Positions 62,060 to 64,000 of a stretch of DNA of 64,000 bases are shown here, piece by piece. The translations under genes and the position numbers were made by a program. This stretch comes from Stegostoma tigrinum. Its lineage: Eukaryota. The stretch is from positions 26,221,440 to 26,285,439 of the forward strand of contig NC_081371.1 of assembly GCF_030684315.1 (NCBI RefSeq), written 5' to 3'. Positions within the stretch are counted from its first letter, which is position 1; every line of letters begins with the position of its first letter. The notes beneath the pieces are model-generated. The model worked only from the letters and a program-made list of their open reading frames with translations, searched no databases and was not told the DNA's origin.

Positions 62060-63410
62060 CAAAGATTTGTAGCTTGGGTTGCAGTTGGAGTTGTTGGTTG
62101 ATTTGCTGAGCTGATTGGTTTTCATGCAAACGGTTCATCTCCCCCCAGTGCTCTGTAGCCTTTGTTGAAGCACTGTCATTTCTGTCCCACTCTGTATTTA
62201 TATGGTCCGGTCTGTCATGGTGGGCAGTCCTTTTTCCAGTTTTGTACCCTAGTTGTATGTAGATGGGGTCTATTATAACATACTTTTTTTTAAAATGGCA
62301 TTGTTGGTTGTAAAGCGGGCCTCCAGGAATTCTTGTGTTTGTCTTAGTTTTGCTTGTCCTCATACTGTAACTTTGTCCCAGTTAAACTGATGTCCTTCTA
62401 TGATGGAGTGTATTAAAATGAGGGAGAGTTGGTCGTGCCGTTTTGCTCACATATCCTGGTGACGGGTTTCCTGTCCATCTGTCCTGTGTAGTTTTTCATG
62501 TAGTTGCTGCATATCACATTTGTCCTGCACATTTTTTCTTTGAATTCCTTACCAGAGAAAGAGTATACAAACAGACCAAATCCTAAACAATTACAGTAAC
62601 TACCCTCGCGTCCTCAAACAGAGCTGTGTCAAGATTCTGTTTAAACAAGTGATAACTCACTGCAACACCCCAGAGCTGCGCAAAAACAATGAGGAGCACC
62701 TAAACAGAGCCTTTGCAAACAATGGGTATCCTAACAGCTTTGTCCACTGATGCCTGACAAACAAACAATACTAAGAAGACACTGTACATCCCAACACACT
62801 GGGCACCCTAACCTATATTAGAAACATATCAGAACTGACTACCAAACTCTTATGACCTCTTGCAATAAGAGCAGCACACAAACCAACAGCTACACTTCGC
62901 CAGTTTCTCTCAAAGACCCCATACCCACAATGAGCAGGACAAATGTGATATGTAAAATACAATGCAGGAACTGTGAGAAACATGACATAGGACAGATGGG
63001 CAGCAAGCTCACCACCAGGACACATGAACACGCACTTGCAGCTAAATGGCATGACCAAATCTCCTTCGTTTCAATACACTCTGTCATAGAAGGACATCAG
63101 TTTAACTGGGACAAAGTTACAATACGGGGACAAGCAAGACAAAACCAAGCATGAGAATTCCTGGAGGGCTGGTTTTCAACCACCAATTCAATTAACAAAC
63201 ATGTTGAAATAGACCCCATCATCATACCACTTTGGTACAAAACCAGAAACAAGACTGCCCACCACGACAGACCGGACCATATAAATTCAGAACTGGACAG
63301 AACAACAGTGCTTCGACAGACGCTACACAATGATGTCACCTAGAAGGGAGATGACATGTTTGCAGGAAAACCAGTCAGCTCGGTGAGCCAACCAACAACT
63401 CCAACAGTAA
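62060..63410. mobile_element. Poseidon-type PLE remnant in inverted arrangement: minus copy ~62060-62530, plus copy ~62535-63410
   Basis: Plus ORF 62852..63154 contains NVICKIQCRNCEKHDIGQMGSKLTTRTHEH (GIY-YIG). The minus segment contains the reverse complement of the same region (TTTGTCCCAGTTAAACTGATGTCCTTCTATGA vs TCATAGAAGGACATCAGTTTAACTGGGACAAA). Confidence 0.82.
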
Positions 63411-64000
63411 AATGTGTCATTTCTAGAGATACTGCGGCATGATTGAAAAATCCAAGATTGGAACAAGGCAAGGGAAGGACCATTTTGTGAAATAATGGAG
63501 GGAAGAGACATTGGAGGATGACGATACAGTCAAGAAATGCAGAGGTGGTAACGTGGCAGGTGAATGTTGTGGAACCAACAATGGCAACACGTGGTTTTGG
63601 TAGAGTACTGCCACCACTCCTTGTTTCAAGCTGAATCAAATGGTCCACTTAACTGGTTGAGGAGAAACCCCTATTAAATTTTAATGAGAAGAGACACTTG
63701 TCTTATGCAACAAGATTAGTTTACTACAAGTTATTTTGACTAGTAAGATATAATTTCAAAGACTATTAAGAGCCAAAGGAGACATGTCTATCTCCAACAG
63801 GGGCTTGTGTTACATTGTTTCTTCACACAAAGACTCTGTGCATTATCAAACTGTATGGACTTAATCCAACTTCAAGATTAACTCTTTCAGAACCTTTACT
63901 TTACATAACAGAGATCAAGGGAAAATACTGTTTTGCAGACATGGTTACACAGTCTGTAATTTGTGGCTTTTGATTAATGCCATTGTGTGCTATGGCAAGG

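Noticed and set aside
1-64000. CRISPR arrays, operons, rRNA or prokaryotic defence systems
   Set aside because: The sequence is eukaryotic and intron-containing; no repeat-spacer arrays or rRNA similarity were seen.

Overview
This is repeat-rich vertebrate genomic DNA. The HE1-like and Deu-domain SINEs, CR1 LINEs and Penelope-like elements (PLEs) point to a cartilaginous fish (shark). Two convergent spliced genes can be built by hand with GT-AG junctions and compatible phases. (1) On the + strand, 15484-32425, five coding exons give a complete 405-aa secreted C-type lectin-domain (CTLD) protein. Its 836-nt second coding exon carries a ~240-aa extension of Pro/Tyr-rich ~15-aa repeats, a PYPH/PYPQ tract and five acidic 12-aa S-x-E repeats. 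The CTLD has QPN/WHE in place of the canonical sugar-binding motifs and an unpaired Cys, making it a candidate mineral- or matrix-binding protein. (2) On the - strand, 56656-35521, lie the last four coding exons of a PARP12/ZC3HAV1-family gene. Its frame is intact but the nicotinamide pocket is degenerate, making it a candidate ZAP-like pseudoenzyme; its 5' exons are probably beyond the window. The rest is mostly transposon debris: a young CR1 with an open RT frame, a nested CR1 pair forming a 714-bp inverted repeat in a PARP intron, and several PLE families whose ends carry minimal hammerhead ribozyme motifs. The latter include ~200-bp palindromic mini-elements flanked by 12-16-bp target-site duplications. 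Boundaries of old repeats are approximate, and family names are from recognition, not a database search.
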